A stretch of 46,353 nucleotides of DNA. Origin: a virus. Taxonomy: Duplodnaviria; Heunggongvirae; Uroviricota; Caudoviricetes. Below the pieces are notes generated by a model. The model saw only the letters and a program-made list of their open reading frames with translations. It did not search any database and had not been told where the DNA came from. The DNA is taken from the IMG/VR virus record IMGVR_UViG_2711768010_000018. The stretch is one strand, 5' to 3'. The translations under genes were made by a program, and so were the position numbers. Below are positions 1 to 9,795 of the stretch, one piece after another (position 1 is the first letter of the stretch; the number at the start of each line of letters is the position of its first letter).

Positions 1-1236
1 CTACGATAACCGCGCATTCAACATGGCTACCTGTTCGTCGTTCATGTCATCAATCCACATACCGTAAATTTCATACACCATCTGCGCAGTTTCATGCCCC
101 ATCTGGCTGGCTATAAACGCCGGGTTCGCTCCTGCCGTCAACAGCCAGCAGGCAAAAGTATGCCGCGTATGGTACGGATTACGGCGGCGAATACCAGCAC
201 GTTTTACTGCTGCATTCCATCTCGCACCCAAACTGCTTACCGAGTAATAAGGTTTCTGTTTTCCGTTACACACTCTGGGCATGAAAACAAAATGCAGTTT
301 TTGCTTTTCGGTTCTGCCGTACTCCCGATGATAAAAAGTGATTTCGCTTTTGCGATGATGCCCGGTCAGTTTGTATTGCTCCTTCAGTGCTTCAAGAGCA
401 GGCTGCAGTAGTGTTACCGTCCGGATCCCCGCATTTGTTTTTGGGGGACCGAACATATCCAGTATCGTCAGGTTTCTTCTGACATTCACAACTCCCTTCT
501 CGAAATCCACATCCTCCCACGCCAGAGCAGCCAGTTCCCCGTGACGAAGCCCGGAGTATACGGCAAATTTCCACAAGTTCTGGCTCTGTCCTTTTTCACT
601 TTCCATTAATGCATTGAATTCTGTTTTAGATAACGGGTCAGGCTTTATTCTGTTTCTCTGTAATTTCTTTACTCCTTCAAATGGTTTGGTTGATATAAAT
701 CCCGACTGATACGCAAAACGTAACAACGAACAGAGCAGGGCGATATAGTTATCAACTGTGCGCACGGTTCTTCCTTTTTTGTTGGATCTTGGATTATCCA
801 GGTAAAGCGTTTCTCCATGCAGCAGTTCATTCCGGTAGTTTAAGATATCGCTATAACGAATATGCGATATCGGAGTACTCTCACAAATTATTATCCTGAG
901 TGTTTTTAATTGTGATTTCGTTTTCTTCATTGTGTTTGTTGTTAACTCTGTTTCTTTAATTTTTGTCCAGATATCACAAAGCTCCCCGAACGTTTTTATG
1001 ACCCTCGTTGTCACCATTTTTGCCCCAGTGCTGGACTGGGGAAAACGTCTTAAATACTCAAACTCACCGGAATTGATTTCATGAACTATCAACGCTCTTA
1101 AATTCCCGGCTTTTTTAATGTTACTGTTAGTAACCTCCCAGCCTTTCAATGTTTCCCGACATCGTTTTCCTCGAAACATGAACCAGATGCGAATGTATTT
1201 ACCTCGAATCTCGACACCTGTTGGTAATTTAGACAT
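1..1236 (-). CDS. intR: Tyrosine-type site-specific integrase, 411 aa, complete; attL would lie left of the window
   Basis: Minus-strand ORF with ATG at 1234-1236 and stop at 1-3; C-terminal region has the phage-integrase-type R...H..R...Y catalytic region (HTRHTFACWLL...). Length and sequence match my recollection of Rac IntR; synteny with xis/recET. Confidence 0.92.
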   Translation of the reverse strand: MSKLPTGVEIRGKYIRIWFMFRGKRCRETLKGWEVTNSNIKKAGNLRALIVHEINSGEFEYLRRFPQSSTGAKMVTTRVIKTFGELCDIWTKIKETELTTNTMKKTKSQLKTLRIIICESTPISHIRYSDILNYRNELLHGETLYLDNPRSNKKGRTVRTVDNYIALLCSLLRFAYQSGFISTKPFEGVKKLQRNRIKPDPLSKTEFNALMESEKGQSQNLWKFAVYSGLRHGELAALAWEDVDFEKGVVNVRRNLTILDMFGPPKTNAGIRTVTLLQPALEALKEQYKLTGHHRKSEITFYHREYGRTEKQKLHFVFMPRVCNGKQKPYYSVSSLGARWNAAVKRAGIRRRNPYHTRHTFACWLLTAGANPAFIASQMGHETAQMVYEIYGMWIDDMNDEQVAMLNARLS

Positions 1237-1237
1237 A

Positions 1238-1453
1238 TCATGAGTCTTTGATAAACTGATTTATCTTTGGATAGTTATACCAGATAATCCCTCGCTTACT
1301 GTCTGGCTTCCCTAAAGGAGATACTCGTTTGAAGTGGAAGCCTTCCACCCAACAGTTCTGGCGGTATGCTTCAATTTGTCTGGCCCCCAGACCAGTGCGA
1401 AGCATCAGGCCGTATTCAACCATCCACTCTTCATTAAAGATTACTTGTGCCAT
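1238..1453 (-). CDS. xisR: Excisionase-like protein (about 71 aa from internal ATG MAQVIF...)
   Basis: Small ORF immediately upstream of int on the same strand; ORF track gives a 79 aa version, the internal Met at 1453 matches the recalled YdaQ/XisR N-terminus. Confidence 0.75.
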   Translation of the reverse strand: MAQVIFNEEWMVEYGLMLRTGLGARQIEAYRQNCWVEGFHFKRVSPLGKPDSKRGIIWYNYPKINQFIKDS

Positions 1454-1552
1454 CGCATCACCTCTGGCAGGCGCCAATGTTAGACTTAAATTGACGCCCG
1501 ATGTTGATTATTAATAATCAGCTATGAAGTTTTAATTTGAATACAATGCAAT

Positions 1553-1741
1553 TCACGAGGACTGAAGTTTCTCGCAATTAAAATTTATCAGTTTTACTTT
1601 CTGCTCTCTGGAAACGCCTGCTTCTTTTTTACCTGAGAGCATTTTTTCGCATTCTGATTTCGTTAGTTTAGATTTTGAATATCTTGTCCAGTTAGTAGGA
1701 GTGCCACCTTCCTTTTCAATAGTGGCGGTAATTTTATACAT
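1553..1741 (-). CDS. ydaC: Small hypothetical protein (YdaC-like), start MYKITATIEKEGG...
   Basis: ORF 1553..1813 in track; the ATG at 1741-1739 overlaps the end of the ralR-like frame (ATGTATAA overlap), typical of a coupled phage early operon. Confidence 0.55.
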   Translation of the reverse strand: MYKITATIEKEGGTPTNWTRYSKSKLTKSECEKMLSGKKEAGVSREQKVKLINFNCEKLQSS

Positions 1742-1928
1742 GAACACCTCCATTATTATTTCCAGTGGTTCGTTTATTTCATCGTTCGAGTGCTTCTTTT
1801 TCACTTCCACCATAACCGGTTCGGGATTCGCATCCGTTACACTTCGCTCGGTAATATCCTGAAATGGCTTTCACCGTTACTGATGGACAACCACAAAATG
1901 GACATGGTTTAACATTGTCATATCTCAT
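1734..1928 (-). pseudogene. ralR: Restriction-alleviation protein Lar/RalR homologue interrupted by an in-frame TGA at 1779-1781 (49 codons, stop, then 14 more sense codons to TAA at 1734-1736)
   Basis: Hand translation of the minus strand from ATG 1928: MRYDNVKPCPFCGCPSVTVKAISGYYRAKCNGCESRTGYGGSEKEALER-stop-NKRTTGNNNGGVHV-stop. Cys-rich zinc-ribbon-like N-terminus and position between ydaC and recT match RalR. Confidence 0.55.
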
Positions 1929-1983
1929 AATTTTTCTCATAAAAATATTTCAAGTTGGCGGTGCATTACACCGCCAGGCTGAA

Positions 1984-2793
1984 TTATTCCTCTGAATTAT
2001 CGATTACACTGTATTCCCCGGTTAATACAGAGGAATCTGCAGGATCGATTGTCAGTGGTTCCTTTTCATCCATTGATACTGCACGCTGGATCTCAATTGA
2101 TACGGGCAGATATTTGAACAGGCGACGAATAGCCGTTTTCTTTGCCATTTCTTCCCAGTGAGTTACCCACGGCCCGTTATTACCAGCTTTACTCTGGCTG
2201 CGCACCAGCTCAATCTGTTTGCGCGTCATAACTTCAAACTGAGTACCTCCGTCTTTCAGTCTTGCGACAGCATAGACGTGGGTAACAGGGGCATCTTCGT
2301 TTTCTCCTGGGCGGTGTATTAACTTTTCATCAAGGCCAAATTCGAAATTAAACTCGTCACCTTCACGGACAACACGGGCTGACAGGCTGGCGATTTGACC
2401 TGAACGGCGAGCCAGATCAATCATGCCGCGATAGCCAATGATTAGCTGAACGTTTTTTTTACCGCTCTTTTCGTTTTTATTACCAAAAGGCAGTAAATAT
2501 GCATGACCGAGGGCGCTACCGGGCTCAAGTCCGAGCTGTGAACACTGTACGATTGCACTGACAAAACTCATAGTGTCACAGTTTCCTAACGCCGGAACTT
2601 TACGAATTTCTGTGGTGGCGATACGGATCATACGTTCAGCCGTCATATGGCGTGGAAGAGCTGCTGCCAGTTGCTCTTTCATTGATGGCTGGTTAATAAA
2701 ACTAATCACGTCGTTATTTTTAATTGCTGCTGGTGCACGGTTTCCCTGAGTTTTTTGCAGATCGGCTTTTGCGATTGGTGGTTGCTTAGTCAT
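1984..2793 (-). CDS. recT: RecT single-strand annealing recombinase, 269 aa
   Basis: ORF track 1984..2850; internal Met [13 protein letters not shown]... gives 269 aa matching recalled Rac RecT; overlaps the recE 3' end as in the recET operon. Confidence 0.92.
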   Translation of the reverse strand: MTKQPPIAKADLQKTQGNRAPAAIKNNDVISFINQPSMKEQLAAALPRHMTAERMIRIATTEIRKVPALGNCDTMSFVSAIVQCSQLGLEPGSALGHAYLLPFGNKNEKSGKKNVQLIIGYRGMIDLARRSGQIASLSARVVREGDEFNFEFGLDEKLIHRPGENEDAPVTHVYAVARLKDGGTQFEVMTRKQIELVRSQSKAGNNGPWVTHWEEMAKKTAIRRLFKYLPVSIEIQRAVSMDEKEPLTIDPADSSVLTGEYSVIDNSEE

Positions 2794-5386
2794 TTGCATA
2801 TTCCTTAGCCCAGCGGGGCAGTGATAACGTCTTAATAGCTGGCCATTCATCGGTATTGAGGCAGTCAGCCAGGGTTCGCAGATTGCGGTGATATTCCAGC
2901 TGACCTGCCAGTTTTGCTTCTTCGCCCATCATGAAAATTTCAACCGGATAACGTCCGCATTCAATAGTTGTGCTGGCAACCAGAAAAACGAAAGTTGGCT
3001 GCACTCCAAACTGTGCTTCATAACCGTCACTGTAGAATGCATCCTGAACGTGATAGCGGTAGTCGTAATAAGCGGTTTTGAATCGTTGAATATCCGCCGT
3101 AGTTTTCACGTCCATGATCCAGTGAAATTCAGGGATAATTTTGTCCGGACGGCACCGACACAAAATTGCTGTTTCAGGATCTTCCCAGTAAATTGATGAT
3201 TCAGCGTGTCCGGCGCTTTCAACAAGCCATTGCCCCAGCGGCAAAGCCATAACGCTCTGATACATGAGTTCAATTTTCCGGCCTTCTTCGGCAGTGATAA
3301 CCGTTTTTCCTGTGCTTGCGCATTCCCTCAGAAACGCTTTCTCTTCTTCTTTTCCGGAGTTTGTCCGGCGGTTAAATTCAGGTGCTACGATAAAGCGGTT
3401 ACTGAATTCTTCCGGCTCAAGTACCCGGCAGTGGAAAGCGGTTCCTAAATCGAGCGTTTTTGTCTTTGTGGTGTCCACGGGGGCATTTTTACGCCACAAA
3501 TACAGTGCCGGAGTATCAGCAATGTCATCGAGCTGAGACTTACTGACACCGGGACCCGCGTGGTAATTCTCATTCGAAATTCCGTAATAAATACCTGGCT
3601 CTATGTCTTCTACGATTACGGGATCTGCGACTTCGCCAGTTTCATCACTGCAATCGCGATGCGGATCGCTGCCAGCATTCTCATTGTGCGGATGTTCAGC
3701 GCCTTCCATTTCCTCCGGATCATTTTCCTTAGCTTCAACCTGACTCTCTTCATCGAATGTTTCCTGGTATGTTGCGTCGCCCATCACCGCACCACAGTCA
3801 GGGCAGTTATCCCCGCCAGTCTGGCCGCAGGCATTGCAGGCTATTTCCGGTTCCTGTTGCACTACTGGCTCAGGTTGATTCATATCCGGGCTGGTTTTTT
3901 CCGTTTCTGGCTGGTTCTGGTACACACAATCGCGAGTCTGGATCCCCTTTACCCATTTCGGATCGTTCGGGTCGCTAATTCCGTCAACAAATTCACCACG
4001 TGATGCAGCAAGCAATTTATCGGCATCGACAGGATTTTTTGATGGAATGTTTTTCCGGGCTTCATGGAGTTCTGCCCGCAGTTCCTGATATTTCGCATCA
4101 ACAGAATTTACCTGTGACTGAGCATCCAGCGGCTGCGTGTCCTGATGATGTTCAGTTGCGTCCGGTTCCATTGTTTCAGCCTCTCCCTGTTCAACTGCCG
4201 TTGTTCCAGATGGTTGCGGTTTTTCTTCATCATCCTGTTTTCCTTCTTCTGTTACTCGCTGCGGCATCGGGGCAGAGGAGCGACCGCAGGCAATATCCAC
4301 GATTTCCGGATCAGGGTTGGCATGATCGGTTTCAGTCAGTACTTTGTTCAGATATTCAGTGACGTGCGCGGGGATGACCTCGATCCCAATTGGTGCTTCT
4401 TTTACGGACGCAACCACGATGGCGCGGGAATAATCCAGCCCGCCAGGCATGGTGATGAATTTGTCGCGGAAAACAGAAAAGGGCGGTTTATTTTCAGCGA
4501 TAATTTCCTCAATGCGTTTAGCGTGTGCCGGATGAAGGTTATAGATGTCCAGATCCATTGAACGGGCCAGTACGCCAGTGGCTACGTCCCGCGCCAGTGA
4601 CGTCAGATCGTGTACGAAACCTTCGCCGCGATCGGTGAGGTTTCCGCCGCCAGCATTAGCACCGGAAGCCGTGCGAGTGATGTGTGAAACACGATTACCC
4701 TTCATCCACTCTTTTGTCAGCAGTCCTCGATCGGTGTAGTCAGCGTTCAGGTATGCTTCGAAAAAAGCAGTTATCAGTCCCAGGTTTGAATTACCAGGAT
4801 TAGGGAAAACTTTGTCAGTGTCACGAACCAGTTTGTGGAGTTCGCGAATTTCCAGCGGGTCGAGCAGGCTGGTTTTGTGGGAAACAGCCAGGGCAGTAAC
4901 AGCCGGTAGTTCTTCAGCCCGAGCAATGTGTAATGCCTGGAGTCCGTCGCGTGAAACGTGCGTTACCGGTTTTTCGCTGCCGTGTTGAGCAAGCCAACGA
5001 ATGGGCAGTTCCTGGCCAGAAATTGGGAGTAGCATATTCTCCTCAATCTCAGGCATGTCTTCGCCGTTGACGTTGGTATTGCCTTGATAGTGAGCGTTGT
5101 CTGGTGCTGCTCCCGGTTTTAGTTCCCATGTCATGGAGTCTTTGCTGAGTTGATAGCGTTCACTCCAGGTAAAATCGATCTCACCTTCAGCGGGCAGGTC
5201 ATTAACGACAGGAAAATTCGTGGCAACAGCTTTAAAATAGCTGCTCAGTTTTTTACCTGACTTAACGATCAGGTAGTCCAGAGTGGCACAGGTCGATTCA
5301 AAATCGTTGCTTGCCCACAGGACGACGTCAGGTTCACCGGATGATTTTTTCGCTTTCCGTAACAGGAAGAGTGGTTTTGTGCTCAT
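2786..5386 (-). CDS. recE: RecE exonuclease VIII, 866 aa
   Basis: 866 aa ORF with ATG at 5384-5386, immediately upstream of recT on the same strand; length and C-terminal nuclease region consistent with RecE. Confidence 0.92.
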   Translation of the reverse strand: MSTKPLFLLRKAKKSSGEPDVVLWASNDFESTCATLDYLIVKSGKKLSSYFKAVATNFPVVNDLPAEGEIDFTWSERYQLSKDSMTWELKPGAAPDNAHYQGNTNVNGEDMPEIEENMLLPISGQELPIRWLAQHGSEKPVTHVSRDGLQALHIARAEELPAVTALAVSHKTSLLDPLEIRELHKLVRDTDKVFPNPGNSNLGLITAFFEAYLNADYTDRGLLTKEWMKGNRVSHITRTASGANAGGGNLTDRGEGFVHDLTSLARDVATGVLARSMDLDIYNLHPAHAKRIEEIIAENKPPFSVFRDKFITMPGGLDYSRAIVVASVKEAPIGIEVIPAHVTEYLNKVLTETDHANPDPEIVDIACGRSSAPMPQRVTEEGKQDDEEKPQPSGTTAVEQGEAETMEPDATEHHQDTQPLDAQSQVNSVDAKYQELRAELHEARKNIPSKNPVDADKLLAASRGEFVDGISDPNDPKWVKGIQTRDCVYQNQPETEKTSPDMNQPEPVVQQEPEIACNACGQTGGDNCPDCGAVMGDATYQETFDEESQVEAKENDPEEMEGAEHPHNENAGSDPHRDCSDETGEVADPVIVEDIEPGIYYGISNENYHAGPGVSKSQLDDIADTPALYLWRKNAPVDTTKTKTLDLGTAFHCRVLEPEEFSNRFIVAPEFNRRTNSGKEEEKAFLRECASTGKTVITAEEGRKIELMYQSVMALPLGQWLVESAGHAESSIYWEDPETAILCRCRPDKIIPEFHWIMDVKTTADIQRFKTAYYDYRYHVQDAFYSDGYEAQFGVQPTFVFLVASTTIECGRYPVEIFMMGEEAKLAGQLEYHRNLRTLADCLNTDEWPAIKTLSLPRWAKEYAND

Positions 5387-5487
5387 TGTTTTTTAACCTC
5401 AACTCAGATTAAAATTCGTTTTGTTCAGTGAATGATCTTGCCGGATACACACTGTTCATAGCCTGCGCCATACGCAGGCTATTTCTT

Positions 5488-5763
5488 TCAGATTTCACCT
5501 TTTAATTTCATTGCAATTAGAGTTGCCAGAAATTCGGCTTTTTTTTCTGCGGGCAGATTCTTTCCGATATGCACCAGGCACATTTTTTTGACACCTTCAT
5601 CAAGTGTTTTTACGTTGCCTGATGGACCATCGATATCAACCACAGTGAATGGGGTTTCTTTATTTTCTGTTTTAATTACGTAGCCAATGCGCTTTCCTTC
5701 CAGATTCACCTCGTGAACAATGTCATCGGTAGTTACAACAGTGGCTTCATAATTGGTAATCAT
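5488..5763 (-). CDS. racC: RacC-like small protein (91 aa from MITNYEATVV...)
   Basis: ORF track 5488..5811; internal ATG at 5763 is preceded on the minus strand by AAGGAG (RBS). Confidence 0.8.
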   Translation of the reverse strand: MITNYEATVVTTDDIVHEVNLEGKRIGYVIKTENKETPFTVVDIDGPSGNVKTLDEGVKKMCLVHIGKNLPAEKKAEFLATLIAMKLKGEI

Positions 5764-5837
5764 GTTTTTCTCCTTAATTAAGGTTGAGCGAATACCTGCC
5801 ATTTCTGGCATAAATTCAGTTTCGAATAGTCAATTAA

Positions 5838-6008
5838 TTAAAGTTCATGTGCCATCTGGTCTTTTTCGGCACAAGCTTCACTGCAATATTTTCTCGGTTC
5901 GTCTTTTGATAAAATCCCGTGCATGAAGTGAAGCATTCTTTCAATAGCTTTGCTTTCTTCAACGTCTTTTTTGCAAAGGTGGTAAGCACATTTTATTTTC
6001 TTAGTCAT
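5838..6008 (-). CDS. ydaE: Small Cys-containing protein YdaE-like, 56 aa ([56 protein letters not shown])
   Basis: Hand-translated minus-strand ORF below the 60 aa track cut-off; its ATG overlaps the kilR stop by 1 nt (TGATG). Confidence 0.65.
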   Translation of the reverse strand: MTKKIKCAYHLCKKDVEESKAIERMLHFMHGILSKDEPRKYCSEACAEKDQMAHEL

Positions 6009-6229
6009 CACCATGACTCCGCCTTTACAGGTAAACCATCACGACCGAGGAAGACTTTAATCATGCGGTCAGTAATGCATGTTTTTGTGGTCAGGTTACG
6101 AATATATAGTTTTCGCTTTTTAATATTGTTTGCCGAGGCAATATATGTCCGGCCTTCATGAAGAACATAATCGCCAGGAGTCACACACTGACGTGGTATT
6201 TCATCAGTTCCGAAGTGATGTGCAATCAT
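6008..6229 (-). CDS. kilR: KilR, FtsZ-directed cell-division inhibitor (73 aa from [14 protein letters not shown]...)
   Basis: ORF track 6008..6241; sequence matches recalled KilR; position upstream of ydaE/racC/recE in the leftward operon. Confidence 0.85.
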   Translation of the reverse strand: MIAHHFGTDEIPRQCVTPGDYVLHEGRTYIASANNIKKRKLYIRNLTTKTCITDRMIKVFLGRDGLPVKAESW

Positions 6230-6670
6230 AATTATCTCCATTTTTACAAATGAACTTTGTTGATGCGGTGCCTGGTGCCTCCAGGTGACTGCAACCAGTT
6301 AACAATTACAGTCGGCTTTCCCACCCAAACCAATAAGGACTAACATGACTTTTAACTGTGCCACGTGCGCTTAGCCGCATTCACCGCATCACAAAATTCA
6401 CTTTAAAAAGGGCGGACATCAGCCGAACTTCAAGAAAAAAACTGATGCCGCCAGGACTACACACAGCAATGTCGTTATTTACAACCGGAGGCGCACTCCC
6501 ACCATTTAAATTTAACAGACAAGACCGACTCTTTATGGATATCGGAAATGCGCCTTCGTGTTGTGCCCGGTTTTATTTCACCACCTCCGGGCTTCGGTGG
6601 TCTCGGCTATACCCCTACAGCGAGAGCTTGTGTTAACATTTCAATACCCTTACAGTTGAGAGTTATTGAT

Positions 6671-7159
6671 ATGTTGGATGTATTTACTCCATTGTTGAAA
6701 CTTTTTGCTAACGAGCCACTCGAAATACTTATGTATACGATTATCATTTTTGGTCTCACTCTCTGGCTGATACCGAAAGAGTTTACTGTCGCATTCAATG
6801 CTTATACTGAAATACCTTGGCTCTTTCAGATTATCGTTTTTGCCTTTTCTTTCGTGGTCGCCATTTCCTTCTCAAGATTGCGAGCACATATTCAAAAGCA
6901 TTATTCATTACTACCAGAGCAACGAGTATTGCTTCGTTTATCTGAGAAAGAAATCGCTGTATTTAAAGATTTCCTTAAAACAGGAAATCTTATTATCACT
7001 TCTCCTTGCCGTAACCCGGTTATGAAAAAATTAGAACGGAAGGGCATCATTCAACATCAGAGTGATAGCGCAAACTGTTCTTATTATCTCGTCACCGAAA
7101 AATACTCCCATTTTATGAAGTTATTCTGGAACAGCAGGAGTAGACGTTTTAATCGTTAG
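6671..7159 (+). CDS. sieB: Superinfection exclusion protein SieB, 162 aa membrane protein
   Basis: ORF track 6548..7159; internal ATG at 6671 gives MLDVFTPLLKLF... with hydrophobic N-terminal segments, matching recalled SieB. Confidence 0.82.
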   Translation: MLDVFTPLLKLFANEPLEILMYTIIIFGLTLWLIPKEFTVAFNAYTEIPWLFQIIVFAFSFVVAISFSRLRAHIQKHYSLLPEQRVLLRLSEKEIAVFKDFLKTGNLIITSPCRNPVMKKLERKGIIQHQSDSANCSYYLVTEKYSHFMKLFWNSRSRRFNR

Positions 7160-7311
7160 CTTACTGTGTGCTTCTCCAACCATCGGCGCGCACCAGTTTC
7201 GGTTTTAAATGTTTTGCTTTTGGTATACGTCATGGCAGTGAACGTTCCATCCTGGTTGGGGAACACGCCGCACACCAGGGATTCGTTGTTGCCGAGGTCG
7301 ATTTTTTGCAT
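7156..7311 (-). CDS. ydaF: Small hypothetical protein, 51 aa (MQKIDLGNNESLVCGVFPNQDGTFTAMTYTKSKTFKTETGARRWLEKHTVS), likely YdaF
   Basis: Hand-translated minus-strand ORF below the track cut-off, located between sieB and ydaG; length equals the 51 aa I recall for YdaF. Confidence 0.45.
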   Translation of the reverse strand: MQKIDLGNNESLVCGVFPNQDGTFTAMTYTKSKTFKTETGARRWLEKHTVS

Positions 7312-7321
7312 TTTGCGAATC

Positions 7322-7456
7322 TCACATCTTGTTGCTGTGTATAGCGACTTCTGCCTGCCAGAGATCCCAGTCGTTGCTGCGTAAAGCCTGCACAGCCTGG
7401 TTGTAAGTGATACCGCAACAATCCATCAAATACTGAACTACTTCGTAATGCACCAT
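7322..7456 (-). CDS. ydaG: Small protein YdaG-like, 44 aa (MVHYEVVQYLMDCCGITYNQAVQALRSNDWDLWQAEVAIHSNKM)
   Basis: ORF track 7322..7504; the internal ATG at 7456 is preceded on the minus strand by AAGGGGAGAG (strong RBS). Confidence 0.65.
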   Translation of the reverse strand: MVHYEVVQYLMDCCGITYNQAVQALRSNDWDLWQAEVAIHSNKM

Positions 7457-7647
7457 CTTATCTCTCCCCTTAACGCCGGGTGGCGGAACTGAAACCTGCT
7501 GCACTGCAAAATCTGAACCCTGCCGTCATGTTCATACGCCTCGGGCTGGCTACTTAACCCCTGACCACTGCCTGGTAACTCGAAGTATTGCCCTGCGTTC
7601 TGTGGGGCGGGGTGGGTTGGTAGGTATATAATGTACTTTGTGTTCAT
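7438..7647 (-). CDS. Hypothetical 69 aa protein downstream of racR
   Basis: ORF track only; ATG at 7645-7647 but no convincing RBS. Could be non-coding. Confidence 0.3.
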   Translation of the reverse strand: MNTKYIIYLPTHPAPQNAGQYFELPGSGQGLSSQPEAYEHDGRVQILQCSRFQFRHPALRGEIRWCITK

Positions 7648-7746
7648 TGATGTAAAGTACTATAAGTACATTTTGTGTGTAAAAAAATGAGATGGGATAA
7701 AGTGAAGCACAAACCCGGAGGGGGACGCTACCGGATTTATGCTGGT

Positions 7747-8166
7747 TTAAGAGGCTTTTTGTTTTTTCTTTCGTGCTAGCTCTTCGTAAATTGCATTGTA
7801 CTTCTGTTTTTTCTCCTCAAGAGTTTTTAAAAGTTCATCTGTCTCACTGTCAGGGAGCTCGTCCAGAAGGTCAATGATGATTTTTTGTCTTGGATTTAAC
7901 TCCTGATAGAAACGTACCTGTCCACTTTCTTCTGTATCCTCTCCCAAAAGATAGGTTGGTGTTGTTCCAATGAGTGTTGCTAATTCCCTTAATTTCTCTC
8001 GGCGAGGAATTGTTTCGCCATTAAACCATTTGCTAACCGCTTTTGGTGTTAATTTCATTCGACGGGCAATTTCTGCCTGCCTTCCATGTTGTTCATAACC
8101 AGCGTTTTCACAGGCTAGCGCAAGCCTACTGGCGAACTCTTTACGCGCTTTATCTTCATGAACCAT
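7747..8166 (-). CDS. racR: Prophage repressor (cI-like, HTH XRE family), 139 aa from ATG (track uses an upstream GTG at 8184)
   Basis: ORF track 7747..8184; helix-turn-helix-like segment (QAEIARRMKLTPKAVSKWFNGE); divergent from the cro-like ydaS. Confidence 0.8.
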   Translation of the reverse strand: MVHEDKARKEFASRLALACENAGYEQHGRQAEIARRMKLTPKAVSKWFNGETIPRREKLRELATLIGTTPTYLLGEDTEESGQVRFYQELNPRQKIIIDLLDELPDSETDELLKTLEEKKQKYNAIYEELARKKKQKAS

Positions 8167-8245
8167 AAGTTCAATGATATTCACTCTTGAATGTACTGTC
8201 AGTTCTGTTATAGCATGTACTCAAAGTTCACATTGTGAGGGTGAT
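8167..8245. promoter_or_regulatory. Divergent racR/ydaS promoter-operator region (immunity switch)
   Basis: 79 bp between divergent repressor and cro-like genes; repeated motifs ATGTACT (x2) and AAGTTCA (x2) visible. Confidence 0.45.
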
Positions 8246-8500
8246 ATGAACCAGAAAACACTTGAAGATGTAATCAAAACTGTTCGCGTTTCTGTTGTGG
8301 CCGACGTTTGTGGTGTCAGCCAAAGAGCAATCTACAAATGGATGGATAACGGAAAATTGCCTCGCACAGAATATACCGGCGAAACAAATTACGCTGAAAA
8401 AATCGCTCATGCATCAAACGGATTATTTTCTGCTGATGTAATTTTAACTATTGGCAGAAATAAAACTACTACGAAAAAGCTGATGGGAGTTGATTCATGA
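8246..8500 (+). CDS. ydaS: Cro-like HTH regulator, 84 aa from MNQKTLEDV...
   Basis: ORF track 8174..8500; the internal ATG at 8246 has a GAGGGTGAT RBS; HTH-like segment (VADVCGVSQRAIYKWMDNGKLP); stop overlaps the ydaT start (ATGA). Confidence 0.75.
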   Translation: MNQKTLEDVIKTVRVSVVADVCGVSQRAIYKWMDNGKLPRTEYTGETNYAEKIAHASNGLFSADVILTIGRNKTTTKKLMGVDS

Positions 8501-8919
8501 AAATCAAGCATGAGCACATCGAGTCAGTGTTGTTAGCCCTGGCAGCCGAAAAAGGGCAGGCATGGGTAGCCAATGCCATTACTGAAGAATATCTGCGCCA
8601 GGGGGGCGGCGAATTGCCCCTGGTACCAGGCAAGGACTGGAATAATCAGCAGAATATCTATCACCGTTGGTTGAAAGGTGAAACGAAAACGCAAAGAGAA
8701 AAAATTCAGAAGCTGATCCCAGCAATTCTGGCAATCCTTCCGCGCGAGCTGCGTCACCGACTCTGCATCTTCGATACCCTGGAACGCCGTGCATTACTGG
8801 CGGCGCAGGAAGCGTTAAGTACGGCAATTGATGCGCATGATGATGCAGTCCAAGCCGTTTACCGGAAAGCGCATTTCAGCGGCGGCGGGTCTTCCGACGA
8901 TTCTGTCATTGTTCATTAA
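8497..8919 (+). CDS. ydaT: YdaT-like protein, 140 aa
   Basis: ORF translationally coupled to ydaS; position and length match Rac YdaT. Confidence 0.75.
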   Translation: MKIKHEHIESVLLALAAEKGQAWVANAITEEYLRQGGGELPLVPGKDWNNQQNIYHRWLKGETKTQREKIQKLIPAILAILPRELRHRLCIFDTLERRALLAAQEALSTAIDAHDDAVQAVYRKAHFSGGGSSDDSVIVH

Positions 8920-8931
8920 GCAAAAGTTTCC

Positions 8932-9789
8932 ATGCTGTTTGTGCTTATTCTAAGCCACCGGGCAGCATCATACGGGGCAATTATGGCCGCATTACCATAC
9001 ATGCAACTGTACATAGCTGATTACCTGGCTGACACCATGCATTTGTCAGCAGAGGAGCATGGTGCGTATTTGTTGCTGATGTTCAATTACTGGCAAACAG
9101 GAAAGCCAATACCTAAAAACAGGCTGGCAAAAATTGCCCGTCTGACTAACGAGCGATGGGCTGATGTTGAACCATCCTTGCAGGAGTTTTTTTGCGATAA
9201 CGGCGAGGAATGGGTGCATCTTCGGATTGAGGAAGATCTGGCATCAGTCAGGGAAAAATTAACCAAAAAATCAGCCGCAGGAAAAGCATCTGTTCAGGCC
9301 AGAAGAAGCAGAAAGGAAGCAGATGTTCAAACAAAACAAGAGAGAAATTTAACAGGTGTTCAAACAGATGTTGAAGTGGTGTTTGAACATGATGTCAACA
9401 CAAAGGCAACTAATAAAGATACAGATAAAGATCTAAAAACAGATCCCCCCCTAAATCCCCCCCGGGGGAATCGAGGTGTCAAAAAGTTTGACCCTCTGGA
9501 TATTGCTTTGCCGAACTGGATTTCTGTCTCGCTTTGGCGTGAGTGGGTTGAATTTCGCCAGGCATTGCGAAAACCGATTCGAACGGAGCAGGGCGCTAAC
9601 GGGGCGATACGGGAGCTGGAAAAATTCCGCCAGCAGGGTTTTTCACCTGAGCAGGTGATTCGACACAGCATCGCCAATGAATACCAGGGCTTGTTCGCGC
9701 CGAAAGGTGTTCGACCTGAGACGTTACTCCGACAGGTTAACACCGTCTCGTTACCGGATAGTGCGATCCCGCCAGGCTTCAGGGGGTAA
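8932..9789 (+). CDS. ydaU: Replication initiation protein (YdaU / DUF1376-type, lambda-O analogue), 285 aa
   Basis: ORF immediately upstream of the DnaC-like loader; contains two poly-C tracts (9445-9465). Confidence 0.75.
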   Translation: MLFVLILSHRAASYGAIMAALPYMQLYIADYLADTMHLSAEEHGAYLLLMFNYWQTGKPIPKNRLAKIARLTNERWADVEPSLQEFFCDNGEEWVHLRIEEDLASVREKLTKKSAAGKASVQARRSRKEADVQTKQERNLTGVQTDVEVVFEHDVNTKATNKDTDKDLKTDPPLNPPRGNRGVKKFDPLDIALPNWISVSLWREWVEFRQALRKPIRTEQGANGAIRELEKFRQQGFSPEQVIRHSIANEYQGLFAPKGVRPETLLRQVNTVSLPDSAIPPGFRG

Positions 9790-9795
9790 CTGACC

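Noticed and set aside
94-411. 105 aa plus-strand ORF inside the integrase gene
   Set aside because: Antisense to the integrase; no support.
6242-6670. Roughly 430 bp non-coding region between kilR and sieB with a hairpin (CCACC...GGTGG) and track ORF 6358..6636
   Set aside because: No RBS or recognisable protein for the ORF, and the hairpin lacks a T-run. It may contain the leftward early promoter or nut-like elements, but nothing specific could be supported from sequence alone.
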